This document shows, one piece after another, positions 28,402-41,448 of a stretch of DNA of 64,000 nt. Position 1 is the first letter of the stretch, and each line of letters begins with the position of its first letter. Origin of the DNA: Octopus vulgaris (Eukaryota); the NCBI GenBank assembly GCA_951406725.2, contig OX597832.1, positions 30,070,001 to 30,134,000 of the forward strand, in the 5' to 3' direction. The notes beneath the pieces were generated by a model. The model had not been told where the DNA came from and did not search any database. It saw only the letters and a program-made list of their open reading frames with translations. The position numbers were made by a program, and so were the translations under genes.

Positions 28402-28610
28402 TCAATATGTGATCGCGTGTGTATCGTGTGTATCGTTGATGATTTTCTTTCTCCGTCTTTCCTTTCTTGGACTTTTCCTTTTTCTATGTTTCTGACGAAG
28501 AGCTCCGCTCGAAACGTTCAATCCTCCTTTCTTTCCTTTCCTGAGCGTCCAATAACACTATACTTGTTCCACGTCCTCGCGTTGTTGTGTTTTCTCTTTA
28601 TTCATGTTTG
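28402..28610 (+). mobile_element. Hammerhead-bearing Penelope-like (pLTR-type) non-autonomous element, copy 1, in (TA)n
   Basis: Colinear with the reverse complement of 56687-56898; bounded by (TA)n on both sides. Confidence 0.7.
28488..28522 (+). ncRNA. Minimal type-I hammerhead ribozyme motif (stem I first-pair mismatch)
   Basis: GTTT-CTGACGA-A-GAGC(TCC)GCTC-GAAAC-GTT-CAAT; identical to the 56.8-kb copy except A->C immediately after the cleavage triplet. Confidence 0.65.
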
Positions 28611-28639
28611 TATATATATATAAACTTAGATAAACTTAG

Positions 28640-30090
28640 GTATTCTTTGACCAAAGATTGGTCCAGGTCATGTCTAACTTAATAGCACCACCTGATAGGA
28701 TTATCTAAATCCTGTTTAAGTTAAGTTTTGTTTATGGTCCATTCAAGTAGTGAGTTCTTGTTGAGTGAGTTGTATCCAGGTATGAAGTGTGGCTTATTCG
28801 GTATTCCTTGAAGAAATCTGTCCAGACTCCGTTTAAAGTTGATGGGATCCTTTTCCTCTTTGATCACTCTCGGGACAATGTTAAACAGGGCAGGGCCTGC
28901 TGAGGAAAAGAAATTATGTTGCAGTGTACTGGATTTGAACTTAGTACTAAGTTCAAATCCAGTTAATATGCTGTGATCCTGAAATGGGCAGGGGACGTAT
29001 GGCCCGTGGTCCCAGCCTTGGATGAACCTTGAAACTAATGTTCAGGTCGTTTGGGCAAAGTTGGCGGTATATTCTCCACATCGTACAAATGATGTACAGC
29101 TCGCGGCGGCGCTGGAGAGAGTAGAGTTTCAAGACTTTAAGGCAATCCCAATAATCGAAATCAGTCATGCCTTCAATTCGTTTAGTGAGTGCCCTCTGGG
29201 ATGATTCAATCCTCGAGATGTTTTGTCTTGTATGGGGAGACCACAGTGGGCAGCAGTATTCGAGGTGTGGCCGTACAAAGGAGGAGAAAAGTGGTATGAT
29301 GACACCTTGTTCTCTGGACTGGAAGGTTCTTAAGATCCAGGAGCTCATTCTACGAGCTATACCGGCCTTATTGTAGATGTGGGCACTCCAACTGAGATTG
29401 TCATCAACAATTACGCCCATGTCTCTGATACTGTTAGAGGCTGTGAGCGGTTCCCCTGAAGGAAGAGAGTATGGCTATTTTAGTGAGGATTTTCTTCCAA
29501 AATGCATCAGCTCAAATTTTCCCTCGTTCAGTTGCATTTTGTTTTTGTCTGCCCATTGACTCACAGCATATAGATCAGACTGGAGTTGAGTTCGGTCTGC
29601 TAGTGTCATAAGCAAATATTTTCACTTTGTAGTGATGTACGGCACTGGAAAAGTCATTTATGCAAATTATAAAGAGGAGCGGGGCCCAAGACAGTCCCCT
29701 GGGGGACACCGCTGGTGACTTTTGCTGGGCTTGAGTGGACTTCATCAACTACAACATGTGTGTTCTATTCGCCAAGAAATACTTAATCCAGTGTAGAAGT
29801 TTTCCACGGATTCCAACATTTGCCAATTTTGAGAGTAGGATATTATGGTCAACCCTGTTGAACGCTTTATTGAAGACAAGATATATGACATCAGAGTTCG
29901 AACCTGTTCCCAAGGCTTTAAGTACATCTTCAATGTGGTGTAAGAGCTGTGTTAGATAGTCCCTTCCACAGCGAAAGCCATGTTGATTTGCATTTAGTTT
30001 GTGGGTCTCCAGGAAGTCATCAAACACTTTAATGATGTGGGAGGTGAGTGAGATTGGGCGATAGTTCACTGCGAGGGATAGATTGACGGC
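28640..30090 (-). pseudogene. Decayed 5'-truncated CR1-clade LINE ORF2 (reverse transcriptase and C-terminus)
   Basis: Motifs NYRPISLTSHIIKVF, QHGFR.GR..LTQLL, DVIYL.F.KAF.RVDH, GVPQGTVLGPLLF, FAYD (mutated FADD), MGVIVDDNLSW..HI, VRPHLEYCCPLWSP, LYSLQRRRE; frameshifts and deletions. Confidence 0.9.
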
Positions 30091-30579
30091 TGTGATGGTA
30101 ATGGGGTGATAGTAATAGTACGAGCTGTAGTTGTGATAGAGGCGGAGGCGACAGTGATGGTGGTGATGGTTGTGATGGTGGTGGTAGCTGAAGCAAGTCA
30201 GGGACAATGGTGATAGTAAGTGGTGTGAAAGACAGTGGTGATGGTGGTGGAGGAGAAGGCAGCGAAGTCAAAGGTATTGATGGTGGTGGCGTCAGAAGTC
30301 TGAATGGAGTGTGTATGGCAATTGTAGTGGTACTGGGTAGAGTGATGGTTGGAAACAATCAACAGAGAGAGAAAGAGAAAGAGAGAGAGAGAGAGGGAGA
30401 AAGAGGTTTGTTCAAGTTTAATAAGATTTAATATGTACTCAATGCATGAAGTGTCATTGTTGGAGCCCCTCAAGGCCCAATGAAGAGCCCTCCACAGAAA
30501 CTAGATTAAAAGCCGCTCGATAGGGCGGCTTTTAAGCTAGTATATATGTGAGTGTGTGTAAAATTGACATGCATATCTT

Positions 30580-30805
30580 TTATATTTTCCTTGCTTCCGT
30601 CATTTGACTGTGGCCATGCTGGGGCACCGCCTTGAAGGGTTTTAGTCGAAGAAATCAACCAAATGGTTAGGGATTCAGTGCCACTGCGTGGCACCTTGGG
30701 CAAGTGCCTTCTACTATTTCCTCGGGCCGACCACAGACTTGTCAGTGGATTTGGTAGACGGAAACTGGAAGAAGCCCGTCGTATATATGTATAAATGTGT
30801 GTGTT

Positions 30806-30837
<32 letters not shown>

Positions 30838-31160
30838 CGTTTAAATATTTGTTGTGCAAGATTTATTGGCTAAACTGGCAATATGACCATTCCGAAATAT
30901 AACAATATATATATATATATATATATATAAATGTGTGTGTGTGTGTGTTTGTATGTCTGTGTTTGTCCCCCCAACATCGCTTGAAACCAATGTTGGTGTG
31001 TTTACGTCCCCGTAACTTAGCGGTTCGGCAGTAAGGACCGACAGAATAAGTACTAGACTTACAAAGAATAAGTCCTGGGGTCGATTTGCTCGACTAAAAG
31101 GCGGTGCTCCAGCATGGCCGCAGTCAAATGACTGAAACAAATAAAGAATAACAAAATAAA
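30580..31160. mobile_element. SINE family A cluster: inverted 3' piece (30580-30660, -) fused to a + strand copy
   Basis: catttgactgtggccatgctggggcaccgcc (tail, -) followed by cactgcgtggcaccttgggcaag...gtcaaatgactgaaac (+). Confidence 0.8.
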
Positions 31161-31169
31161 AGAATATAA

Positions 31170-31367
31170 GGTGGTGAGCTGGCGGAATTGTTAGCAAGTC
31201 GGACAAAATGCTCAGTGGTGTTTCGACCGGCTTTATGCTCAGAGCTCAAGTTCCGCCGAGATCAACATTTGTCCTTCATCATTTGGGGTTCGATAAAATA
31301 AGTACCAGCTGAACATTAGGGTCGGTGTAAACGACTATCCCCTTCCACCGAAACTTCTGGCCTTGTA

Positions 31368-31370
<3 letters not shown>
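31170..31370 (+). mobile_element. SINE family C, diverged
   Basis: ggtggtgagctggcggaattgttagc...gtaccag. Confidence 0.75.
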
Positions 31371-31409
<39 letters not shown>

Positions 31410-31430
31410 CACGCACACGCACACACACAC

Positions 31431-31490
<60 letters not shown>

Positions 31491-31766
31491 CAGATATGTG
31501 TTTATATTCACCGTGTTCTTGCAAAACTCAACATCGTCTTATATCTTTAAGGTGGTCGCTCGTTAAAATTGTCACCTCTTCCATCAAATTCTAAACCGGT
31601 TTTGCCAATCAGTCCACCTTTGCACCTGCTGCTGCTGCTGCACATGCTGCTGCTGTTGTGCTTGTTGTTGGAATTATTCATTTAATAACATTTCTTAATT
31701 TTCACTTTCGCTTTTATGGAGTTTACGTCTTAATAATTATATAAGCAAAGATGGAACTGTTTAACT

Positions 31767-31797
<31 letters not shown>

Positions 31798-31934
31798 GTG
31801 TGTGTGTGTGTGTGTGTGCGTGTACATTTATACATACGTGTATGTGTACATAAACACGTATGTGTATACATATATGTGTTTGTATTTCTGTATGTGAATG
31901 TTTATATATGCATATATATATATATGTATGTATG

Positions 31935-31972
<38 letters not shown>

Positions 31973-32002
31973 TGTGTGTGTGTGTGTGTGTATGTGTGTA
32001 TG

Positions 32003-32034
<32 letters not shown>

Positions 32035-32078
32035 CATGTACACACACATACGTACATAAGTAAATGTACGTATATATA

Positions 32079-32220
<142 letters not shown>

Positions 32221-32854
32221 TGCGGGGTACATTTCAATGACAGACTCACTTTCTCGTTCTTGATTCGTTCTGGTGAGAAAACAGTGTTTCAGCCATTTTT
32301 GTTTTTTATTGTTGTCGTTGTTGTTGTTGCTGTTGCTGTTAAAACATATGATGCTGTTATTGCTGCTGCTGCTGCTGCTGTTGTTGGTGTTGTTGTTGTT
32401 GTAGATGCAGAGCTGAGGAGTAAATGAAGGAGGCCGTAGTTAAAATGGTTGCCGTGTGTAATGAGTGAGTGAGAGAGAGGCTGAGCGAAGTAATTGCAGC
32501 TTGGTTGAGGGACCGGACCGTAAATGATAAGGGAGACGGCGGAGTGGGGAGACATGATGACAGGATAGAAAAAAAAATGGTGGTGGAGTAAATTATAGTC
32601 GAATGATTGTGGTGGGGCGTGGTGGGGGTTGAATAGGGTGGAGTAGATGCTGGTCGTGGGGGTGGGGGTGGAGGTGTAGGGTTGTGATTGAGGTATAGGG
32701 GACGGTTGCGCATAAAGGAAAGGGCCATAATTAATCCTTAGCAAGTGAGCTGAAGTGGAGAGAGAAAGGAAGTTACCAGTAAAGTTGTGAGAGAGTGTAT
32801 TATATATGTGTATATATATATTTATATACATATATATTTATATACATATATATT

Positions 32855-32920
<66 letters not shown>

Positions 32921-33984
32921 CACATACATACATACATGCATGCATAAACACACATGTGTATGTATGTATATATATGTATATAATCGATATACGTATGTAC
33001 ATGTGTGCATGCGTACTCATGCATATGCGTGTACTCTTTTTGGTCTGCTTTGTGTGTATGTATGTGTGTAGATACACACACGCACAAACTGTATGTGCTT
33101 ACGTGGATGTGTGTACGTTTATTTGCGATTATGTGTTCGACTGTTTATGTAACTGCATCTGCAAATGTATGTGTCTCTGCATGAATGTGTGTATGTGAGC
33201 GCGCGCCTGTGTGTGTGTGTTTGTGTGTGTTTGTGTGTATACCTGAATATGTGAACGAAGAAATATAAAAGAAAAAAAATCACCGATAAAAAAAATGTAA
33301 TGAAAACTAGAAAAGAACAATCCACAGCAAAGATGAAAGCCACCGCGTTAGAACTAACGAAATAAAATAAAAAAAAAAGAACTCTGTATAATATGGCTAA
33401 CTTCAGTAAATACAGGAAAAATACCCATAATTCCCTAGTAGAGCCAGAGAAAAAAAATCTTAGACTTTTTTTCTACTTTCGTTTTAATTGAGTTTCTTTT
33501 TCTTCTTCTTCTCCCTCCTCCTCCTCCTCCTCTTTCCCTGCTGCTCTCTCATCCGATCGTTTCCATCCTCCTCCAATGTTTCCATATTCCTTAAGTTATC
33601 ATTACGCTTGCTTGGGTTTTTTTCAATATGACAAGCGATGTTATTATTGCAATAACAATGGTTTTCATCGAGCTCCATCCATATTGTTCAGCTGACATTA
33701 TTTGCAAACAATTTAATTTCATATCGTTATCTTCCAGCAAAGTGAGAAAAAAATATTCTCCTACAAATATTAGCAATCAACTCTCAATCATTATCGCCAC
33801 AATTATTACCATTATCATTATTATTATTATTATTATTATTAATATTATTATTATTATTATTAGCGTTATTACTTTCATTATTCTTACAATTACTTTTATG
33901 ATTGTTATCATTATGATTATGATTATTATTATTATTGTTATTCTTCTTATGCTCTTTTTTATTGATAGTATCCTTGTTCGCTAC

Positions 33985-35020
33985 TGTTTTGGCAGCTATC
34001 TATTGCAACTGGCAGCAATCTGGAAGCATTTCAAGTCTGTAAGCGCTGAGAAGCTCTGACTCTGTTGAGAAACACTCCGAACAAAGGGGTCAAAACACGC
34101 ACTTTCAGACCCATAACCCTTTCCCAAATAGTTAAAGATTTTAGCAAAAGTGTTCATCAACTGGAGTGTTCACAGCCTAGAGAAGGATGAACTCTGCCAG
34201 TCTTTCCCACCCTAGCTGCATGGCTGCTGCATCCCAACTACCCCCAAGAGGTTGAGGGGTTGTCTTGTCTTGTCTTGTTCATCTTTGGTCTTCGGTAGTA
34301 TAGATGGAATTGCATGAAATTATGGAATACCCAGCAGAAATATTTACGGTTTTGTGATCAAAATAAAAGGTTATCCATCGGAACTGTTTTGCATTGCCCC
34401 CTCGGTTCCCCAAGGTTGTCTCTCGTCTCTTGTATATGATTTGCTACAGGTATCATACTTCCATGTAGCTAAAACTGAGAAGAAATTTCAATCAGAATGG
34501 TCAATCTCACAAAAAAAAATGGACTACAAACAAGCTGCCTCTGAAAGGTCGGTGGAAGTGTCAAGTGTTTCATCGCTTCGGTATCTCTTGATCAGCAAAA
34601 CTTCTAATCAGATTGGAATGCATTCTCTTTCGTTTCTTGTAGAAAAGACAGGTCCCGCAGGTCGGAAGATCAATTTGTGTTATCGTCCCTTTTAAGGGGA
34701 TCTTAGGAAGTCGTAGTTGATGATGCGCAGGATCGATTTAAGGTTGATACAAGTGGAAAGTTTCACGCAGGGGACTTTTTTGAACAGATGTGGTCATTGT
34801 TCATGCGATATGCCTTTTGGTCACTCCTCTCTTTGACCGAGGGTCAAGCGCAGTCAGAGCTTGAGGATTTATCATTCAATGGAGAATATGAAGGCCAGGG
34901 AGTCACCCTTCGGAAGGGATCTACAAAGACACAGTTTTGGGCTTGTGTTTCCTCGTTATACTTTCTTAGAGCTTTGTGGTCAATAAAAGAAATCCTCCTC
35001 CTCGTCCATTATTATTAAGT
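33985..35020 (+). pseudogene. Decayed L1/Tx1-clade LINE RT remnant
   Basis: RPITL....KILAKV and IKIKGYPSELFCIAPSVPQGCLSSLVY (NG..S..F.I...VRQGCPLSP-like). Boundaries approximate. Confidence 0.55.
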
Positions 35021-35024
35021 CAGC

Positions 35025-35190
35025 GTGATGGTAGAACCATTGGCACAGGTAGAATGGTTAGAGGCATTCTGTCCGTTTTCACGTTCTGCATTCAAATTCC
35101 GCCGAGGTCGACTTTGCCTTTTATCCTTCAGGAGTCGATAAAATAAATACCAGTTGAATACTGGGGTCCGATGTAATCTAGTTAATCCTT
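35025..35190 (+). mobile_element. SINE family C, diverged
   Basis: ttcaaattccgccgaggtcgactttgccttttatcc... Confidence 0.7.
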
Positions 35191-35469
35191 AACAAAGAGG
35201 TCAAATAAAAAGTACTTTTCTAAGAACATGGGCTGCTGCTGCTGCTGTTGCTGCTGCTGCTACTATTGCCATTCAGATTTGACTTCCCTTTGAGAAAGGC
35301 ATGAACATCACAACATGAGGAATACAAGTATTCATTGTCACCAACTCTTCTACAACAATCATCACCGCCATCACCACTACGACCACTCCTCCTCCTCCTC
35401 CTCCCCTTCCTCCTCATCTTCCTCCCCTCCTCCTTCTCTCCTCCTCCTCCTCCTCCTCCTCATCATCAT

Positions 35470-35510
<41 letters not shown>

Positions 35511-35823
35511 GTAGCAGTAGCAGCAATTATTCTACATTTTGCTATTATCCTTTGTTTTTGTTTTAGATGTAAGTGTTGTTGTTGTTGTTGTTGCTGTTGT
35601 TGTTTTGAATCACATTCTGCTGTTAAATCCTACACCCTGATGTCTAGCATGGTTGTGGCGGGGGAGGGAGGTGGCGAAAGGGGAGAGGCAGAGGAATAGA
35701 CAGAGTAAGAAAGAGAGAGAGAGGAATGAAAGAGAAATAGTGAGATAAGTACGAAAGAACCTCTCCATCTCACACTACACATCCCTATATATCATGTATA
35801 TGCATGTGTGTGTGTGTGTGTGA

Positions 35824-35862
<39 letters not shown>

Positions 35863-36097
35863 GTGAGAGGATGGAAGAGAGAGAGCGAGAGAGGAAGGAA
35901 TGTTAGAGTGAGGGAGTGAGTGTAAGACGTTAAAGCAAGATTCCTCATTTGTCCGCCATCATCAAATGAGTCATATGATCAATTAGGAGGGAAATTTCTC
36001 GATTTTGGTCCATTCCTTACCATTTGCTAAATTATTCACTAAGTAAATTAAATTAAGCGTGTCTACAAACATATATGCATAATGTTATACATTGTAC

Positions 36098-36129
<32 letters not shown>

Positions 36130-36612
36130 TATATATATATATATATATACATCCACATTTCCACATTTATAATCGCCGTTTATATATACATAAACACACA
36201 CACACACGCACACACATCCATAAACCACTCTTTGCACATATATAAATATATAATTATACATACGTGTGTGTGCGTGTGTGTGTGTGTGCGTGTGTGTGTG
36301 TGTGTATTTGTGTGTGTGTGTGTGTTTATGTATACCTAAACGGCGATTATATATGTGGATGTATATATATATATATATATATGTACATATGCATATATGC
36401 GTGTGTGTGTGTGTGTGTATAAATGCGTGTGTGTGTATATGTACGTGTATGTGTGGGTCTGTAAATATATATGTGTATGTATGTATGCTTGTGCATGTAT
36501 GCACACATTTATGTGTATATACATATATTTAATTACTGCAGTTCTCAGACGTTACTCATGTTACAACTACGTTTTGTGGAACTCTGAATCGTAAGAGAGA
36601 GTAATCTAGCGG

Positions 36613-36677
<65 letters not shown>

Positions 36678-36704
36678 CGTGCAAGCATTCACACACGCAT
36701 TCCT

Positions 36705-36740
<36 letters not shown>

Positions 36741-37653
36741 GGCTGCACTACTGTGCACATTTCTTCCTCTTCTTTCTAATCTGAGACCTTGACACCCCCC
36801 ACCCTCGTACATAGACATGCATGCGTGCAAATATGTGCGTGTGTGTGTATGGGAGGAGGTTATTGCGTAAAGATCCGGGAAAGAAGGACTCAATACAAAC
36901 GTAGAATGCAATAACTAGACCAGTTCACTGAACTTTTACTCTGACGATTCCATAGCGGGCCACCACTTCTTCAGACACATCGCACGGCACCCATATCAAA
37001 ATATGCAACAAGGAAATCCAGAGGTAATGCAGTATGATCGTTTCTTGCAACTCCATCTAATTGAACAATGCAATCATTAAAATGCAGAGCAATCTTCAGC
37101 TGCACAAAGATGGACTAGCCTGCGATGGACTAGCCTTCCCAGCAGGGGTTATATTGGCCTGCTCATCTCGCCAGCGGAATGGTCTCATTCGACAGTTAAC
37201 GATGTGAAGTGCATTGTAACCAGCAATGTGTAACAACACTCGATACTCTGGTCGATACCGTGATATCATTTTTTTTTTTACATAGTTTAAAATCGTTTCA
37301 ACAATTCATATTTTGACCAACCTCTGGCCATGATCATTAACATGTCAGCATTTATTAATTTAGTCGTGTAAATGGTGCATATATGGGAATTGTTACATAC
37401 GTGCGTGTGAGACTGTATGTATATATGTATGTTAGGAATAGGATACGAACTCACACATACCTACAGAAAGACGTGTTGTTGTGCAAACGTAAGTTAATCA
37501 CTCTTATCATGTCAGCAAAATTTTTCCGCAAGAAAATGTACAAAAGTCATGTGACTTAAAGGTAGAAATTGTATAACGGTGAGCTAACAATGTGAAATGC
37601 ATTGTGAACAGTAATGTGTAATGTAACAACATCTGAGACTCTGGTCAATCCCG

Positions 37654-37713
<60 letters not shown>

Positions 37714-37867
37714 TAATATTATTACCTTTACCCATATAATACATTTGATGAACTGATTGTTTGACAATTTTTAACATCTATGTATTAATCTTGTTGGGTA
37801 CCTATCTGGCAGTATATTGGATATATATTATCCCATGGTGGGTTGAATTTTCAACCCCTATCTCACT

Positions 37868-37947
<80 letters not shown>

Positions 37948-38229
37948 AGGAGTCAGCGATATGAATTTTTTTCACATAGTTTACAATCGTTTCAACATCT
38001 CACATCTTGACAAATAATGGGCGCTGCCCGGTAAAATTTAGGTAGGATCGGTCACCAATATGGCTTCTTTCAATACTTGAAGTGTCATCACCCTTGGTGG
38101 ATCTCAGTTCATCTCTGAAATTTCAGGTTACATTGAGGAATAAGGAATTATCTAACTTTCTGGATTTTACCCCCCGGTTGTTTTTGGTGCACGTGAGCAA
38201 TGATCGGTTGCACCACTGGATGGACTTAG

Positions 38230-38600
38230 CTTTAATTATGTGTTTAATATGTTTACAAGTGTTTAGATAAGTCTAAATGATGGTTTCTTAGCTAAGTATA
38301 TATGTTTATATGTTTAGAAATGTTGTTCAGTTTTGTGTTTAGTGATGTGTTTAGATTTCCACCTAATTATAAGTTGCACAAGTTTGTCAAATATGTTTAG
38401 TTATATCTTTAAATGTCTGTTTAATGTTTAGTTATATTTAAGTGTCTGTTAAGACACGTGTTCGAGATGTTACATATTTAGTTACGTATTTCGTTTACGT
38501 TCGGTCATGTGTTTAGCTACATGTTTAGTTATTTAGCCAATGTGTTTAGTTAAGCATTTATTCATATGTTTTGGCGTATGTTTATGTGTTTAGTTATACA
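38230..38600. repeat. Degenerate ATGTGTTTAG-type minisatellite
   Basis: Recurrent tgtttag/tgtttaa/tgtttac at ~10-20-bp spacing. Confidence 0.7.
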
Positions 38601-39906
38601 TTCACCCACGATTCAATCTCCATTATTTTCTCATCTGAAATAAGTTATATTTTTTCACAGAACCCACCCACCCCTCACCAGTGTCTCCCACACCCCCTCC
38701 CATATTCCCACATCACCCCCACTCACCTACCCGTCATTAATATATTCCCAACCAATCAATGATGACGCCGAGGTTGTAATTTCTATCAATTTTTCTTTTT
38801 CTAATTAAATTCCTCACCATTGTCTTCTTACTTAAGAAAATTCTCTCCAAATAAAACATCTTTTATTATTTTTCTTCTTCATTCTGTAAACAGATTCTTC
38901 TGAAATAAAGGATTATTTCAAAAGATCAGCTACTTCCATTACACGATTCCTTCATTATGAAAACTCATTTAATTAAAAAATTTCCATCTATATCATTTCC
39001 TGTGTATACATGTTACACACCCACACACACGCACGCACGCACATACATGAGTGTGTGTGATGAATGTGTATGTGTGTAGGTTATACCCTCCCTTAAACGT
39101 GTTGCTTGTTCATTAATGATTCAACAGACAATAGAGTCATCACTTGGAAAAACATGTGTTGAATAGATTCTTCACTTTTCACTAGAATCATTGCATCACC
39201 TCCATCGTCATCGCTTTTTCTCCATTTGCAAATTCTTCACATTTTTTTGCTTTCAATAAATTTTAATTTCCATTGCGATTATCTTACAACGGATTTGAGT
39301 CATTGGGATAATCAGTTAATCCTCAAATCCTCAACTAATTTTAATGTATTTTGTTTTTCAATGGAAACAATATGAATATTTTTAGTATTGAAGTGATATT
39401 GAGATGTTGTTATTGATGACATTTCAACACAGAGACACATAAATAAATAATGGGGGGGGGGAGCTTCATTTCAGTGAACCTCATAAAAATCGAGAAGGAT
39501 CAAAATCAAATCAAAGACATGCAATCGGGAAGTGAGAAATATGAGACTTCCCCAAATAATGCCGAAAACTGTCTGACGTCATCGTAAAAATTGTGATCGA
39601 AGCTTGATATTTGATGAGGGGGCAGGATTGGTTAGCACCGATTTATAATGGATGGGAAAGGGGTATTATGTAGGGTTCATTCATGCCGTTCTAGAATGGT
39701 GTTACCGGTGTTTTTCAGGGAATTCATTAAATGGCCTTCAACTAACAAACTTCAGGAAAGTAATTACTCTCTCCCCTTCTGTCTGTTTGCCGGTTTCTCT
39801 GTGTGTGTGTGTGTGTGTGTAGTGATTATTAAACACCTGTCAAATCGTACTCCCTTTTCCTTTTGACTCTGTTTATTCTTTCCTTTCTTTTTATATACGT
39901 ATATAC

Positions 39907-39965
<59 letters not shown>

Positions 39966-39970
<5 letters not shown>

Positions 39971-40410
39971 CGTATGAGTCCATCAGTCAGAATTGTATAT
40001 TTGTCAATAGAGGGAGTATATAACGTTAATTTAATTTGTAATGGTGAAGGTAATAAACTTTGCAGAGCAAAGCCACACACTAGGCTAACATCCCAATTCA
40101 CTCTTATACCCACACAATCATGCTTGCACTTATACTCTTTTTGGGCTAGTACACTACACTCACTCCAGAAATGTTTATGACGTCCGTCTCTATTCCTGCA
40201 GATTCTACATTTGCTATCTGACTGAGTCAATCTTTGAGCTTATCAGATTTGTTCTAATACCTTCTTCCTAAACAGTTATTTTTAGCGTATTGGTTCCTTT
40301 TTTCACGTTGCCGTCCGTCAGCCAGACTCTCTCAATATTTTGCATGAATTAGCCGTGTAATTCTATTTTTTGCTGGACTTTTGCTCCACATTTTTTTTTC
40401 AATTCTTAAC
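39966..40410 (-). pseudogene. R4/Dong-type (RLE) LINE fragment with CCHC zinc knuckle, between two (TA)n tracts
   Basis: Minus strand: ELHG*FMQNIERVWLTDGNVKKGT...EEGIRTNLISSKID.. then SDSKCRICRN....HFWSECSVLAQKEYKCKHD.VG..VNWD, the typical pre-RLE region of R4/Dong ORFs. Confidence 0.8.
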
Positions 40411-40415
40411 TGTTT

Positions 40416-40475
<60 letters not shown>

Positions 40476-40764
40476 GTATGCAAGAGTATTCATATATGTA
40501 TGTGTGTATACATATAAATATATATCATATATATATATATAATTGGTGATTATATTAAAGTTATATGCTTTTATATATTTAAATATGTTTGTATGTATGT
40601 ACGTATGTATATATGTATGTGTATGTGTGTGTGAATGAACGTGTGTTTGTTTGTTTGTATGTGTGTGTGTGTGTGTGCACGTGTATATACCAATGTACAG
40701 ATCTAGACCAGCAGAGTGCCTTATACGTCCATATATTGGGTTGTTGTTGTTGTTGTGATTTCAG

Positions 40765-40958
40765 ACTGTACAAAAGACAACAGATCAGACGTCGAAGATG
40801 ACGACCAACCAAAATTAAAACAGAGAAGAAGCCGTACCAATTTCACACTGGAACAGTTGAACGAGTTGGAACGGTTGTTCGACGAGACACATTACCCAGA
40901 TGCCTTTATGAGAGAAGAACTCAGCCAGAGACTAGGACTGTCAGAAGCCAGAGTTCAG
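40765..40958 (+). CDS. Shox: Internal exon of short-stature homeobox (Shox/Shox2) PRD-class transcription factor; homeodomain residues 1-46 at 40821-40958
   Basis: Translates (D)[64 protein letters not shown], matching the SHOX/SHOX2 homeodomain as I recall it. Acceptor tttcAG at 40763-64 (phase 1), donor CAG|GTAGGA at 40959 (phase 0). The intron falls between homeodomain codons 46/47, typical of PRD class. Confidence 0.96.
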
Positions 40959-41228
40959 GTAGGACACCCTCTATTGAGTCCTTTCAATAAAACACATCCA
41001 CACACACACACACGTCTGTGTGTATACGTGTGTGTGGAAACAATAGTGATATCCGTGGGGCTGCTGATGTTGTAATTATGTTGGATTGTTGGTATGGCTG
41101 TTATTGCACGTGCGGAATAGTTTTATAAGACATACATTTGATCTAAGTGTGTGTGCATGTATGTATGTATGTATGTATGTATGTATGTATGTATATATAT
41201 ATATATATATATAGGGAATATATATATG

Positions 41229-41351
<123 letters not shown>

Positions 41352-41408
41352 CATATATATGCATATATATATATATATATATATAAATATAAATATCATA
41401 TATATATG

Positions 41409-41448
<40 letters not shown>

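Noticed and set aside
32289-32831. Pro/Thr/Gln-rich minus-strand ORFs
   Set aside because: Low-complexity sequence with no domain or splice support; more likely non-coding.
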